Made by a program: the position numbers and the translations under genes. This document shows, one piece after another, positions 31,796-32,000 of a DNA stretch of 32,000 bases. Origin of the DNA: Acaryochloris thomasi RCC1774 (GTDB taxonomy: Bacteria; Cyanobacteriota; Cyanobacteriia; Thermosynechococcales; Thermosynechococcaceae); the NCBI RefSeq assembly GCF_003231495.1, contig NZ_PQWO01000009.1, positions 150,001 through 182,000 of the forward strand, in the 5' to 3' direction. Position 1 is the first letter of the stretch; the number at the start of each line of letters is the position of its first letter. Below the pieces are notes generated by a model, which had not been told where the DNA came from, ran no database searches, and saw nothing but the letters and a program-made list of their open reading frames with translations.

Positions 31796-32000
31796 ATTTC
31801 TTGAGATTCAAATTGATATTTCTAGATTGAACTGGATGTTGCAAGAGATTCAAATATAGCCAAGTAAAGGACATAAAAATGGAAATACTCCTACTCAGTA
31901 ATTCCATTTTATTTTGGACTTTGCCGGTCAAATCAAATAGCCCTGAGCAAAAATCTTCTCTATTCCCCCCCCCCAGAGGACTACAACCTCAACGAACCTT

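Noticed and set aside
31879-32000. Open plus-strand frame from ATG 31879 to the window edge
   Set aside because: Only about 40 codons are visible, with no motif. It is mentioned only in connection with the C10 tract and is not called as a gene.
1-32000. Searched by eye for CRISPR repeats, tRNA/rRNA, IS or transposase ends, integrases, toxin-antitoxin pairs and known defence-system genes
   Set aside because: None was found. The only repeats are HIP1 octamers, short coding tandem repeats and isolated hairpins, so no claim of a novel defence system is justified from this window.

Overview
This is a cyanobacterial chromosomal segment. I counted the HIP1 palindrome GCGATCGC at least 18 times by eye, and coding density is high. 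No rRNA, tRNA, CRISPR array, transposase, integrase or recognisable defence gene was found. Gene order is as follows. (1) Two minus-strand type I PKS genes: FAAL-ACP-KS-AT-DH(N-half), then LLM-DH(C-half)-cMT running off the left edge. (2) A divergent TonB-dependent receptor / FhuD-like binding protein / EntS-like MFS operon, with Fur-box-like motifs in the shared intergenic region. (3) A YjzC-like protein with RP[VI] repeats. (4) sodN-sodX (nickel SOD and its maturation protease), divergent from a vanadium-haloperoxidase-like PAP2 enzyme. (5) An imelysin/IrpA-like lipoprotein, a DUF1111 di-haem protein and a small acidic lipoprotein. (6) A PiuC-type Fe(II)/2OG hydroxylase, DUF1800 and a Tat-exported DUF1501. 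(7) A PTS-EIIC(type 3)-EAL fusion protein. (8) An ArsR-family regulator leading a pstS-C-A-B operon, preceded by a 30-bp palindrome. (9) An AT-rich right end with a glycosyltransferase-like orphan gene and a C10 tract. The overall theme is metal acquisition and redox chemistry (Fe, Ni, V, P/As). The most unusual items are the PKS dehydratase split by a monooxygenase domain across two coupled ORFs, the putative lipid-primed polyketide metallophore locus, the EIIC-EAL fusion, and the ArsR-controlled Pst operon. All family calls rest on motif recognition by eye. No database search was run.
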